Assembly: GCF_001194135.2 (NCBI RefSeq)
Contig: NC_068981.1
Coordinates: 85,153,613 to 85,217,612 of the forward strand
Source: Octopus bimaculoides
Lineage: Eukaryota
Reading direction: 5' to 3'
Length of the DNA stretch: 64,000 nucleotides
Below, piece after piece: positions 48,846 to 61,200 of the stretch; within the stretch, counting starts at the first letter, position 1; every line of letters begins with the position of its first letter. The notes under the pieces were generated by a model, which was not told where the DNA came from, did not search any database, and worked only from the letters and a program-made list of their open reading frames with translations. Made by a program: the position numbers and the translations under genes.

Positions 48846-49490
48846 TTATTTCATGGAAATTGGCCATGAAGGCCTTACATAGAAGCAATGCGAGCTGGAC
48901 ATTTACATTAATGAAACGAGAAATGACAAAATGCGAATGTTATAAATGAGAGGGGTATTCGGCGCCCGTCTGCCGAAAACCCCACGAAATCAGTTCTTTT
49001 ACAATTCAAATTACATACAGTCAATTCAAATCAAATCACATCAAATCAAATAATCAAAATAACATAATTTAATAATCAACGAATTGGCACTTAAGCCTTT
49101 TATACTTCCTCCCCGAGCAAATTTTTTGCCGCCCGCAAGCAAGCCTGCTGCGACAAGTCGGGGCCTATTCCAAGGAATTGAAAATCTTCCTTTTTAAAGG
49201 AGGCCATTATCTGGAACAACTCTGAGTTGCTCAGAACCTCCGCGTACACCTGTGGAGGCCACTCTGGATAGTCCAGGCACCCGGACTCTAACAGTTCACG
49301 GTCCAGTATGCCATCCAGGTGGCACTCCACGACCCCTCCCAGCCTTGCAGTTGTTGCTTCTTTGATTCCAAAGTTGTTAATGTTCTCGATTGGAGGTGAT
49401 GCAGATGATGGTATTTTAGAATATTGATTTTTCGGTTTATTCTTTTTATTTTCCTGGTGAGCGCTTTTTTCTGTTTTGGAATCCTGCATC
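48846..49490 (-). mobile_element. Tx1-like ORF1-only element, 3' part
   Basis: ORF 49489-49100 with LDRE...WPPQVYAE homologous to the 39633-40175 C-terminus. 3' UTR cccctctcatt...ttctatgtaaggcc...gaaataa. Confidence 0.8.
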
Positions 49491-49499
49491 TACTGTTAT

Positions 49500-50420
49500 T
49501 TATGAATCGTGAGGGTATGTGTTTTGAGCATATGTGGGTGACTATGTCCTCAAATAGTTGCCATGCGTTTGTGTTTGTTGTGGTATTGGAGGAAAAAGGA
49601 TGAAGGACCAGTCCTCTTGCGATAAGTCTTGAGTGATCGCACTCCAGTTTGACTTGTGTAAATTCATATTATCAAATGGGTGCACTGGAGTTAGTAATTT
49701 ATGCCAAATGTTTGGATGCTGAAGACTGAGGTTACAATATACTATGTCATGATCGGACAGGAGGATTTTGTCCACTGTGATTTTATGACTAGTGTTAGCA
49801 TGGTCGCTTAGCACTAGGTCCAAGACACTTTGGTTATTTCTAGTTGATTCATGGACGAGTTGTGACAGGAAACAATTATGCATGAATTTAAAAAGTAACT
49901 CCACTGCTGCTTTGTCTGAGCTTGAGGTTTTTAATAGCCCAGGCTTCCTCTACAGCACTTTAGTTGTTTATGAGGGTTCTCATACAGCCATTCAGTTGTT
50001 GCATCTTTGATTCCAAGGTTCTTAATGATCTCGATTAGTAGACCAATATTCAGAGGGTTAGTTGAAGTCGCCAATCATCAGAATATTTCCTGGGTTACAT
50101 TGCAGGAGGAAAGATTTGATCTTCTCGAGGCACTTTTGGAAATAGTGTAAGGGTGTTTGTGGGGGTCTCTAAAGCCCAATCACAGACAGGTCTTTACCCT
50201 TGTGTATGGGGACTGATTCGCAGTAGCCGTTGGAGAAAATGCCTTTTTTAAGTTCAGCCTCTAAATGAAGATCGTTTAGGTGGGACTCAGGTCAAAGTAA
50301 AGGAACTGGGTATGAGTGTGTTGCAATCCATCCCTCATTGTAGGGTATTTTCCATTTTTGAGCCAAGATGGCTTGGTTGATACCTTGGGCATTAAGAGGA
50401 ATGTCGTTGTTAAGGGAGCA
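49500..50420 (-). mobile_element. CR1-group LINE AP-endonuclease domain remnant
   Basis: LLLNAQGI, ILMIGDFN, STRNNQSVLDLVL, LLSDHDIV motifs. Confidence 0.85.
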
Positions 50421-50656
50421 GCTTCGTTGCGTTTCTTCAGGATCTGCACATTATGTTTGTTGTTGGTGTTGTTGTTGTTTTTTATGCTACTTAAGTTTGG
50501 TTTCTCGAGTTACTGCAGTTATTGTTACACTGCTGGATGAGATCGCAAATAATTTTATTACTACATTTGTTTTTCCGGCTTGGTTTTATATTCCCCGGTT
50601 TTTTACATGCTGGCCACTGATGAGATCATAAATTGATTTTTATCCTTAATTATGTA

Positions 50657-50718
<62 letters not shown>

Positions 50719-51039
50719 TAAGTATTAATGTGTGTGTGTGTGTGTGTGTGTGTAATACTGCTGCCATCATTCACAGACGAGTATGAATTGGTAGCATGTA
50801 CCATACTTTCATTAACTGTTTTCGTTGTCTGTCTAGTCGCGAATAAACAGACACACATTCTCGGCTCAATGACATTGGATCCAATGGAATATCAAGTGTG
50901 TGACTGCTCCAGCACTTGACCGGGATCTATTATGTTCTCAGAAGACTAGAGAGAAACTTGAGAAGTTTCTTGCCCAAAGACAGGAATCTAAAACGTTATG
51001 ATTTGAACCAACAACGTATCCACGACTTTTCAATAAATA

Positions 51040-51375
51040 TACATACGTACATACATGCACGTAGACACTTACATACACACAGAGATAAAAAGATACACTA
51101 GCACATACATACAAATAGACACACACATACACACACACATATACAAACATACAAATATATATATATACTTTCATACATACATATATACATCCATCCATAG
51201 ATACATACGTACGTGCGTACTTACGTACATATACATAGATACATATAGAGAATGTTTGGAAGTGCGTACATACATGCATACATACATGCATACATACATA
51301 CATGCATACATACATACATACATACATACACACATACATACATACACACATACATACATACACACATACATACAT
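51040..51375. repeat. (TACA)/(CA)/(TA) compound microsatellite
   Basis: Visible repeat. Confidence 0.95.
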
Positions 51376-51900
51376 GCGTATACAGAGAATTTTTAGAAGG
51401 CTTATAGTTGCCAAGATCAATTCCAATGCTATCTGGAGGAAGGGTTGCCCGGGCGTATACATCAAAGGCCTGTTAGAACAAGCATTTATTCGCACCTTTA
51501 AAAACAAGGAATACTGGTGGAACACACCAACAGAATATCACTTCGATGCAAGCATAACAGACCTGATATCGTTTTCTGGAATAGGCAACATAAGTTTTAC
51601 ATTGTTGCAGCAGTCAGTTGCCCAGCGTATGTGAGTGTACAATCAAAAGTCTAAGAAAAAGATAATATTTATCGCGAATTAATTCGGAACTTACAGCGCT
51701 TTTACTCTGACAGTAAATTCTCATTTGTACCTATCATCATAAGTGCATTATGCTATGTTTCTATTACACAAAAACCTAGAAATATTAGGTTTTTCGAAGA
51801 AAGAGCAAAGAAGGCTGACCGGATTCTCCAAATCCAATCTATCAGTGGCACAGTGAAAGTTTGTAAGACATTCCAAAGATTCTCTATCCGAGATTCTTTA
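51375..51900 (+). mobile_element. RLE-type non-LTR retrotransposon 3' remnant (NeSL/R4-like)
   Basis: Frameshifted WWNTP..., CKHNRPDIVFWN...VSCPAYVSVQSKV*EKDNIYRELIRNLQRFY...FVPIIISAL (PD-(D/E)xK nuclease layout). Confidence 0.75.
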
Positions 51901-52316
51901 AGTGAATAGATGCACACACTTGACTGTGTGTATCGACAGCTCAGCCAACTCAACCACACATTTACAAACGTCGGGAAATCTTTTGACTCAAAAATGTATT
52001 GTCGCTTTGTAAGCGACCGGCTTAAATTCTCTTGAATAAAACTCAACAGAAAAATCATACATACATATTCCAGAATAAATATGATATCATGATCCGCAAA
52101 TACTGCACTTTCTCCATGCTTCGGTTTGACCATGGATAATTATTAGATCAGTATTTCGCTGTTCTGATTTTATATAACGCGCGTATATATTTTGCATTTG
52201 ACGTTTAATTTCTGCGTGCGGGCTCAGCCGTGTGGTTACTTCGTTTAAACTGAATCTTACTGCTAGACTCTTCCTAACCCTGAAACCACTGGTGCCAACC
52301 CGTACACTCTGTTTCC

Positions 52317-52490
52317 AGGCGCAGGAGTGGCTGTGTAGTAAGTAACTTGCTTACCAACCACATGGTTCTGGGTTCAGTCCCACTGCGTGGCACTTTGGGT
52401 ATGTGTCTTCTAGTATAGCCTCGGGCCGACCAAAGCCTTGTGAGTGGATTTGGTAGACGGAAACTGGAAGAAGCCCGTCGTATATATGTG

Positions 52491-52559
<69 letters not shown>

Positions 52560-52756
52560 NNNNNNNNNNNNNNNNNNNNNNNNNNNNNNNNNNNNNNNNN
52601 NNNGTGTGTTTACGTCCCCGTAACTTAGTGGTTCGGCAAAAGAAACCGATAGAATAAGTACTAGGCTTACAAAGAATAAGTCCTGGGGTCGATTTGCTCG
52701 ACTAAAGGTGGTGCTCCAACATGGCCGCAGTCAAATGACTGGAACAAGTAAAAGAG
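52317..52756 (+). mobile_element. SINE A, intact (empty target site), with internal microsatellite and gap 52560-52603
   Basis: aggcgcaggagtggctgtgtagtaagtaacttgcttaccaaccac... through ...atggccgcagtcaaatgactggaacaagtaaaagag. Confidence 0.95.
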
Positions 52757-53611
52757 TATTTGCTCTAACTTCCGTTAATTTATTAAGGAGCTATTCACTT
52801 GGCTATATGTATCCCCCAACTGAACACGCTTCTTGTGCTAAGTCAAAACATGCTATCATTATCAATGTCAATATTAAGCAGACTATCTTGACGGATCTAA
52901 ACATGCTATTATCATCAATATAAATATTAAACAGAAAATTTGGATGATTTATCTTATATTTGGTTTTACTATCATTTCCTTATTGTATCCATTTTACCCC
53001 ACTGTGGTCTACAGAATTAGTATGTGAAACACCCGACGAACGTCTAACTCGACTGTTTACAGTCTGCCTTTCCTATATATCTTTTTCTCACCCACTAACA
53101 TACAAATAGTTATGTAGTTGAGTTACAGGAAATTGTTGATATAATTATTGTTACAGCTGTTGTTGCCAATGTTCAGTGGTAAGTGAGCTCTGATTCAGCT
53201 GTCACCACCTGATGAGTGAGCAGACAGAATTCTTAGGGCATCGGATGAAATGTTTTGTGGTATTTCTTCTGCATACGTTATGAGGGCAAATTCCGCTGAT
53301 CTCAGCTTTGTCTTTCATTCCTCTAGGGATGATAAAATAGGTATGAGTCAAATACTAGGCTCACTATTATGAACTATATAACTGGCCTTATACAAAAGTT
53401 TGAAGCCATTATAAGATGGTGAATTGACACAATTCTTAGCATGTCGAACAAAATGCTTAGTGGTATTCCTTCCAGCTTTTTATAATCTAAGTTCGAATCA
53501 CGCGGAAGTTAACTTTCCATTCTTTCCGAGTCGATAAGATGAAATAGCAGTCAATTACTGGAGTCGATGTAATTATTATTATTATTATCATTATTATTGT
53601 TGTTATTGTTA

Positions 53612-54085
53612 TTTATTGTCTTTGCACAGCTTCTAACGCTGGCGATGTACTATGGTGCCAGCTGAACTAGGTAACCAGTGAACTAAGGTAACACCCCTTA
53701 TTTTTCAAGCACCACCCGGAGTATTGGAGCCGTTCCAAGCAGTGCTGTTTTCTGCAAGTGCTCCACTCTTATTGCAGCCCCATTTGTTCCATGTACTTCT
53801 CAAGATTTATATTCCGACAATTATTGGTATTACTACCACCTTTTTCAGAAACCACAACTGCTTAACCTCCCAAACTAACCTGTCATATCTATCGACTTTT
53901 CTTTCTTCCTTATCGCATACCTTGTTGTCAGCTGGGCATGCTATATCTATGACCCAGCATCGTTTGCTTTCTTTCTCAATTAACATTATGCCTGGTTTCC
54001 CATTCTCTATCTCATGGTCGCACTGAATCATAGGAGCTTTGTATTATCATTTCGATAATGCTTTCGGGTTTATGTTCGTACCACT
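53612..54085 (-). mobile_element. Dong/R4-clade element 3' end (RLE domain) in a (TAA)n tract
   Basis: IQCDHEIENGKPGIMLIEKESKRCWVIDIACPADNKV...VIPIIVG; the tail abuts att repeats at ~53572-53612. Confidence 0.85.
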
Positions 54086-54089
54086 TCAA

Positions 54090-54253
<164 letters not shown>

Positions 54254-54254
54254 C

Positions 54255-54345
54255 GACGTGCTGGTAGAATCGGTAGCACGCCGGGCAAAGTGCTTAGCGG
54301 TATTTCACCTGCTGCAACGTTCTGAGTTCAAATTCCGCTAAGGTC
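54255..54345 (+). mobile_element. SINE B head fragment
   Basis: gtgctggtagaatcggtagcacgccgggcaaagtgcttagcggtatttc...ttctgagttcaaattccgc. Confidence 0.85.
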
Positions 54346-55090
54346 CTTTTGGTTTCTCAGCTTTCTTCTCCATTTTGGCAATAAAAATCTCCTCTGGCCA
54401 GTCTCAAATAATCTATTCTGTAGATACTGATCTATTCTTTTCTGGTATCTGAAAAGCATACCTGCAACTGCTATGATACGTTGTTTCGACTCTTCTATGT
54501 TTGACTATCGCAAATCCTTTCTCTTTGACTAAATATCTTTTCTCGAGAGATTTGGAACTTCTGTTTCCTAACTTGTTCAGTTTCCAGGTGTCTGTTCAGC
54601 TCAGATCTTGTCTTAAAGTCTTCCCTTTATTTTGTAGTCTCCTTTTCCACATTTTCTCTTTTCTAATCATTCCTTGTGGAATATCTAATCTTCTTGTAAC
54701 TACTACTCCTCCTGCATAAATCAATGAATTAGTGTCTCCTATATTTTTAATATCTATCCTACTGATAACAGAATCTACTTTCCTAGTCATATCCAGCTTC
54801 CTTCTGTTGGCACCTTTAAATGATGGCATTCTTTTTCTTACTTCTTTACTCATTACTTTCTGCAAGTCATCTAAAATCTTCTGATCTTCCTCACTTAAAC
54901 CACTTAAATTACTGGTGCCAGTTGTCCCTTCCTTATTGGTAGTGCTATTATTTTTTTTTTCCTTTAGGTTCTTCTTTGGTTTGATCTGTATCTCTTATGT
55001 TGTTGTTTGTCTTTCCTACTGCTTGGTCTTTCTTTTCCAGTTCTCTTGTGATCTCTTCCACCTCACTGCCTGGTACTGCATTCTTCTTCC
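54345..55090 (-). mobile_element. Dong/R4-clade element 5' region
   Basis: RKRMPSFKGANRRKL...TNSLIYAGGVVV...WKRRLQNKGKTLRQDLS; the 5' end abuts (TTA)n at ~55090-55160. Confidence 0.75.
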
Positions 55091-55128
55091 TATTATTATT
55101 AAGATCATTATTATTATTATTATTATTA

Positions 55129-55161
<33 letters not shown>

Positions 55162-55559
55162 GCTGCGGAATGCGTATAATACGTAAGGCGTTTTTTCGAA
55201 CACGCTTCGTAAGTTAGGCTTTCTATGTTTTCACCCTTTTGTTACAAGTATGTTATTAATTTTTGTTATAAACTGACAATAAGAATACCAAGAACCTCTT
55301 GGTAGATGCTCAGTGGTTGTTTCTATCCCGTAAAGGGCAGTATTTATTTAATTATCTATTGCATTCAGGAAACGCCCCATCTTGTGTAAAAACATAAACA
55401 TGCAAGACGGCGTCGTCATCACCATAATTACCATCGGCATCAGTGGCAATCATGGGAGCGTTGAGTGGGAAAGCCGTCCCTCCCACTAGCCCTCCCACAG
55501 AAGAAGTCTCCCCCCTCCCTCATGTCACTCACTCCCAGTTACAACAACAACAATAGACT

Positions 55560-56637
55560 AAGGGATGTGAGAGCTCACGAAGCATGTAAAATCAGCAACA
55601 GTAACAGCACCAATGCGAAGACGGACAAGAGAGAGAAAGAGAGAGAGAGAGTGAATAAATCAGAAATAAAAGTCACACCACGGCGACGACTATTGGACAA
55701 CTGCGAAACAGAAATTACCAAAACAACAACAAAGATAATTAATGCAAAGGACACCGACAAAAACAATTCCACCAATCAATAAAGGTTTGACGACGTGGCC
55801 AACTTCAAAAAAGAAAGGTTTCCGCTGGCCCTTAAAAAAGCAAAAGAATTGGCCCAAGCCAAAAAAATCATAAAAATTGAGGTGGGTAAGACAGCGGTTC
55901 TTGTGCCTCCTCAATTGTAGCAAATGAAGGAAAAGAACTGTTTATTTTAAATGAGTCTCGTGGAAGAGCAGGTGATCAGAAATAGCATCTATATGTCAAG
56001 TGGAGTAGGTTCTGAAGGACATCTTAGAAGATGTGGCTGACTTACAAGATGCAGACAATATACCAGCATCGAGGTCCTCTTCAAGAGTAAGGAACTTTCA
56101 CGTAAACATGCAGTAACGCCTTGGTGGTGTGAAGAGTGGGTCCTGTACCCAAGCCACCTCTCAAAAAGAACTGCCAGAATAAAAATATCAAGCACTCTGC
56201 CGGATGTGAGCGTCTGGTAGATTGTGGCCTACGTGGTAGAGGATCCGGAGCCACTCCTAGAGGTGAAACGGAGCAGCAGGGAAAACTGGTCCGGGATAAC
56301 CATTGAAATCCTACTTCTTGTGAAACTGGAAACATGGAAAAATCCCAGACCTTGTACAGCAGCCCAACGGGGTCGACCTGCGTGTTATAGTAGAAGGTAG
56401 AAAGCTTCAGTGCGATATTTGTGGGACCACAAGACATCTCAGAGGCTTCTGCCTCAAAAAGACAGGAGGCACTCCCACCACCCAAACAAAACTTTCAGCA
56501 ACAGCGACAACTAAGACATTATGCCACACATGCACCCTCATTATCAGGTGAAGCACTAGCAAAGACAATAGAGACAGCCACCCAGGGTATCTCCCAAGCC
56601 AAGACTCCGTCTTCTCTTCTCTCAAACACACATACAC
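55560..56637 (+). mobile_element. Degenerate Tx1-like ORF1 (boundaries uncertain)
   Basis: EVLFKSKELSRKHAVTPWWCEEWVLYPSHLSKRTARIKI and the intact knuckle VIVEGRKLQCDICGTTRHLRGFC (56411-56452). Confidence 0.75.
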
Positions 56638-56853
56638 AAGGCAGTGAGTTGGCAAAATCATAAGCATGCCCCGTAAAATACTTAGCGGCATTTCGTCCGT
56701 CTTTATGTTCTGAGTTAAAATACCACCGAAATCGACTCTGCCTTTCATCCTTTGGGGGTCGATAAATTAAGTACCACTGAAACACTGGGATCGATGCAAT
56801 CAACTAGTCGCCTCCCCAAAAACATTTCGGGCTTTGTACCTTTAGTAGAAAGG

Positions 56854-56855
<2 letters not shown>
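56638..56855 (+). mobile_element. SINE B
   Basis: aaggcagtgagttggcaaaatc...ttctgagtt...gcctttcatcctttgggggtcgataaattaagtacc; tail runs into (ATT)n. Confidence 0.85.
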
Positions 56856-56896
<41 letters not shown>

Positions 56897-56900
<4 letters not shown>

Positions 56901-57070
56901 ATGAAAACTCAGCTTTTTTCCTAGGTTTGATGGAAAGTGTCAGCTGTCCACAGCCAGCAAACTAAGGTGACACTTGTTTACTGATCATGCTTCAAGAGCC
57001 CTGTGAAGAATTCTTGCATTTCCAAGCAATGCTGATTTTTGTAAGTGTTCTACCTTCACACTTGCACCGT
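56897..57070 (-). mobile_element. Dong/R4-like extreme 3' end
   Basis: Minus strand ASVKVEHLQKSALLGNARILHRALEA*, with the tail abutting (TAA)n at ~56855-56897. Confidence 0.7.
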
Positions 57071-57269
57071 TTTTTTTTTCAGCCATGTTGGTAGCTGAGT
57101 ACTGATACTTCCAAGTGCACCAATTATTGGTATCACGTCTACTCTCTTCATTGACTACAACCTTCGTATTTCCTACTTTAAATCGTCATAGTTGTTTATT
57201 TTTTCTTCTCCTTTCACATTGGTCCTGTTGTCACCGGGGCATGCTATGTCGATTATTATATTATTATTA

Positions 57270-58100
57270 TTTATTGTCTTTTCACTGCTTCTAACACTGG
57301 AGATGTACTACGGTGCCAGCTATTCACTACCAGTGAACTAAGCTAACACCCCTTATTTTTCAAGCACCATACGGATTATTCGAGCCGTTCCAAGCAGTGT
57401 TGTTTTCTGCAAGTGCTCCACCCTTATTGCAGCCCCCATTTGTTCCATGTACTTCTCAAGGTTTTTACTCACTCTTCTCGGGACTCCGACAATTATTGGT
57501 ATTACTACCACCTTTTTCAGCAACCACAACTGCTTAACCTCCCAAGCTAACCCGTCATATCTATCGACTTTTCCTTCTTCCTTATCGCATACCTTGTTGT
57601 CAGTTGGGCTTACCATATCTATAATCCAGCATCGTTTGTTTTCTTTCTCAATTAACATTATGTCTGATTTGCACTGAATCATAAAATCCCAATAGGATCT
57701 TTGCATTATCATTTTCGATGATGACTTCGGGTTTATGTTCGCACCACTCTTTTGCTTTGTCAAGTCCATACACGTTGCAAAGTGTCCAATGGACAATCCT
57801 TGCTATATTGTCATGACGTCTCTTATATTCCTTCTGGGCTAGTGGCGTACATTGGCTGGTAATATGCCATACGGTTTCGACATTATGTCCACAAGTTCTG
57901 CACTTATCACTTTCTGCTGTGTTGTCTATTCCGCAGTTGATGCAATTCGTTCTTAATTTCTTAATGTTTGCTCTTGGGTAGCATAGATTAGAACCTCCGT
58001 TTCCGGTTTTAAATCACTTTTAGTTATCCAGAGCCATCTTCAACATCCCTATGAAATTGTCCATGCATTCTTTTCTTTATCCAGATATTTTCAGCTTCAT
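57270..58100 (-). mobile_element. Dong/R4-clade element, 5'-truncated (CCHC and RLE)
   Basis: CRTCGHNVETVWHITSQC...KRRHDNIA, WDFMIQCKSDIMLIEK...EHLQKTTLLGTARIIRMVLEK; the tail is in att repeats. Confidence 0.9.
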
Positions 58101-58553
58101 TCATTCTCAAGTCCTTGTACAGTGCTTTATCTTTGCAGTCTTCCATCCTACACAAGCCTGACCTTCTTACTTCCAGTAATAGTGGTTCTGTGGCATCTTT
58201 TACATGCTATGCTATGTTTTTTCTTCTGCTCTAATGCTGTGTTCGCATCCAATCAGTTCCTTGCCCCCCCCCCCTTTTTTTTTCTTAGTACATACAGTCT
58301 GTCTGTGTCACTTTTTGAGTGGTGTATCCCATATTTAGTCAGCAACTTCCTTGTCTTTCTGTCTAAGCTGTTTAGTTCGTCTACTGTCCATGCGATTACT
58401 CCTGCTCCATATCTAAATCATGAAACCGCTCAGGTGTTGATAGTTTCAATCATTCCGTCCGTTTAATTTCAACTTAAGGATCAGTCTCAGTCTGCGCAAG
58501 AACTCCACCTTAAATTTGTCTGTCATTTCTTACTCCATCAATTTATCCATTTC

Positions 58554-58556
<3 letters not shown>

Positions 58557-58589
<33 letters not shown>

Positions 58590-58835
58590 CTGTCTGTCTG
58601 CATGTCTGTCTGTCTGTCTGTCTGCCTGCCTGCCTGTCTGCCTGCCTGCCTGTCTGCCTGTCTGCCTGTCTGCCTGTCTGCCTGTCTGCCTGTCTGCCTG
58701 TCTGTCTGTTTGTCTGTTTGTCTGTTTGTCTGTTTGTCTGTTTGTTTGTTTGTATGCTTGTTTGTTTGTTTGTTTGTTTGTTTGTTTGTTTGTTTGTTTG
58801 TTTGTTTGTTTGTTTGTTTGTTTGTTTGTTTGTTT
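58557..58835. repeat. Compound (GTT)/(TGTC)/(TGCC)/(TTTG) microsatellite
   Basis: Visible repeat. Confidence 0.97.
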
Positions 58836-60007
58836 GGCTTTTGCTCTGTATTTGTACAAATTGACTTCAAGTCTCACCCGGAGACCTTAAGAGACAAGTT
58901 AGAAGTTCAAATTGATGTCATGACTAGTGTGGCATATATCTGGTTTTGCACAGAGTATTATTCTAAAGAATGTCTGCCAAAATTAAGTTATTTTTATTAT
59001 TATTATTATTATTAATCATTTCTGTCAATAATTACATTATATAATGTGTACTTCAAAAGAAATTTAGCTACTATTTCTAGCTGGCCAGTGGGGCTCCTCA
59101 TTGGTTCTTTATACTCGTTATTTGTTGTGCATATAAATGTTTCGTTGAAATGCTTTACTGATTGTTGCTGCTGCTTCTACTACTAGTGATAATGATAATA
59201 TGATGAAGATTTTCAAAATTAATTAAGATGTATAATCATCTTGAATTACACAAGATGGTTCTTTTTTCTCTCACAATTTCCTTGTTTTGGCGGTGAGCCA
59301 GTTTTAAGTTGGAATGAGGCACACTGATCTTTGAGAATGGTGAGCTGGTGGTGCTGTACTTTATGTAGTATTTTCTATTAATAGTAATTTTGTTTGTAAT
59401 TAATATCATTTTCGCAGGTAAGCAAAGAAGCCTCCACGCGTTTTTATTTTTAGACTTACAAATAGCAACTACAGTCGTCGATGTATTTGTTGTGATACAA
59501 AAGGGTGTGGGATAGTCACGGTTATTTCCCCTTCCATCATAGGTTTGCTCTGTTTGAGCTGACCTGGGACTAATACATTAATAGCAACAACATATTTCTT
59601 TTTTTTTTTTTACGTACATTATTCCACCTCAAGCAGCTATTAGTACGATGGGGAGGAGTGAGTGCACTAAACGAAGAGGATAGTTTTGAAACTACCCAAT
59701 ACACCGTTAAGGGTGTGCGGAATTTTCATTTACATACATTTACTTACACACGTGCACACATTCACCATTATCCCATTCTAATTATAATGTAACTGCTTCC
59801 TCAATGCAAATGCCGATTACAACAATACTGCAGTAATCAAATACTGAGGGTAGATGAACGAATGTCAGAGTTTCTACGGAGAGTAGGACTTGGGAAAATG
59901 TTTACCAAATCGCCTTAAAATTAAACACCTACTGTCTATAATTTGGCAGTCTATTCTAACAAGCAAAGTAACCACAGTTTTCCTCAATGGTGTATGTATA
60001 TGTATAT

Positions 60008-60190
60008 GAGGCACTCTATCGGTTACGATGATGAGGGTTCCAGTTGATCAGCTCAACGGGACACTCTGTTCGCGAGTTTAACGTGCAAGTGACTGGACAC
60101 TCCACAGACACACATACCCATAATGTAGTTCTTAGGAAAATTCAGAATGTCACGCGGTATGTGACAATGCTGACCCTTTTGAAATATAGG
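60008..60190 (-). mobile_element. SINE E 3' part
   Basis: ggcactctatcggttacgatg...gttccagttgatc...ttaacgtgcaagtg...cccataatgtagttct, the reverse complement of the SINE E tail. Confidence 0.75.
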
Positions 60191-60587
60191 TACGACAATG
60201 GGCTATAAATTATGAGATTTCAAGAGCCTTATACTAGAACCCTAGTAGCTTCTCAACTACACCGCTATACGTGCACCAATAAGCCATTCCTGCGCCTTAG
60301 TGTAGGTATTGTTTTCTTAATCGCTTTTGATATTTCGATATGACTCACGCATTTTGAATTATAACAAGTGCTAACAACTACGTCATACAATGCAAAAGGA
60401 AAATAATTTGACCGACCACGGACTAATGTAGTCGTTGATGTAAACACAAAATGGCGACAATGTAATTTTATACATATATTTTTAGATTCTTTAAGGTTTA
60501 TGGAATACAATTTTTACGCATTTAAAATTAAAAAATATATATATAGCGACATTTGAAATGCGATAGCGTTTAACTCATTCAATCGAT

Positions 60588-60752
60588 GCAGGCGTGGCTG
60601 TATTGTAAGAAGCTTACTTCCCAGCCACATGGTTCTGGGTTCAGTCTGACTGCACCGCACTTGAGCAAATGTCTTCTACTATAGCCTCGGGCTGACCAAA
60701 GCCTTATGAGTGGATTTGGTAGACGAAAACTGAAAGAAACCCGTCGTATATA
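60588..60752 (+). mobile_element. SINE A 5' half (empty target site, aagaagcttactt variant)
   Basis: gcaggcgtggctgtattgtaagaagcttacttcccagccacatgg...gaaagaaacccgtcgtata. Confidence 0.9.
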
Positions 60753-60799
60753 TAAAGTCCATAGATGAGTTCCAGAGATTCTCCGTATAGACGACACTT

Positions 60800-61200
60800 A
60801 GTATTGCTCAAAATGTTCAAACTTAGATTCCAATGTCTTTGCAAGGTATCGGTTCCATAAGGCAAAGAAAGGCTATAATAGGGATTCAGTTGAGCGGGTT
60901 GATTAATTGGGTTAATGGAAAGGGTGATATAGATTTGTATTTAAGTTCAGAATAACGTCTAATAAATTGGCCATCTTAGTATAATTTTCGTACGAGATAC
61001 TCGGGTTATAGTTTTTAAAAAGTATATATAAGACTTACTTAATGCCTTCTACAGAAGGTCGAGATAATCCAGTTGCTATAAAGAGTGCATCATCTCTGTA
61101 CAGTCCGCAGGAGAGATTAAGGAATTATTGTTTAATTTGGGAAGAAAGACTAGGCTGACAAGGTCAGTAACACATGTACACTTTCTCCAATCCAAATTCT
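60800..61200 (-). mobile_element. Penelope-like RT fragment
   Basis: Minus strand GLYRDDAL (YRDD at 61089-61100) ... ANLLDVILNLNTNLYHPF. Confidence 0.75.

Noticed and set aside
52317-52395. SINE heads as functional tRNA genes
   Set aside because: A/B boxes are present, but there is no proper acceptor stem and all continue into SINE bodies.
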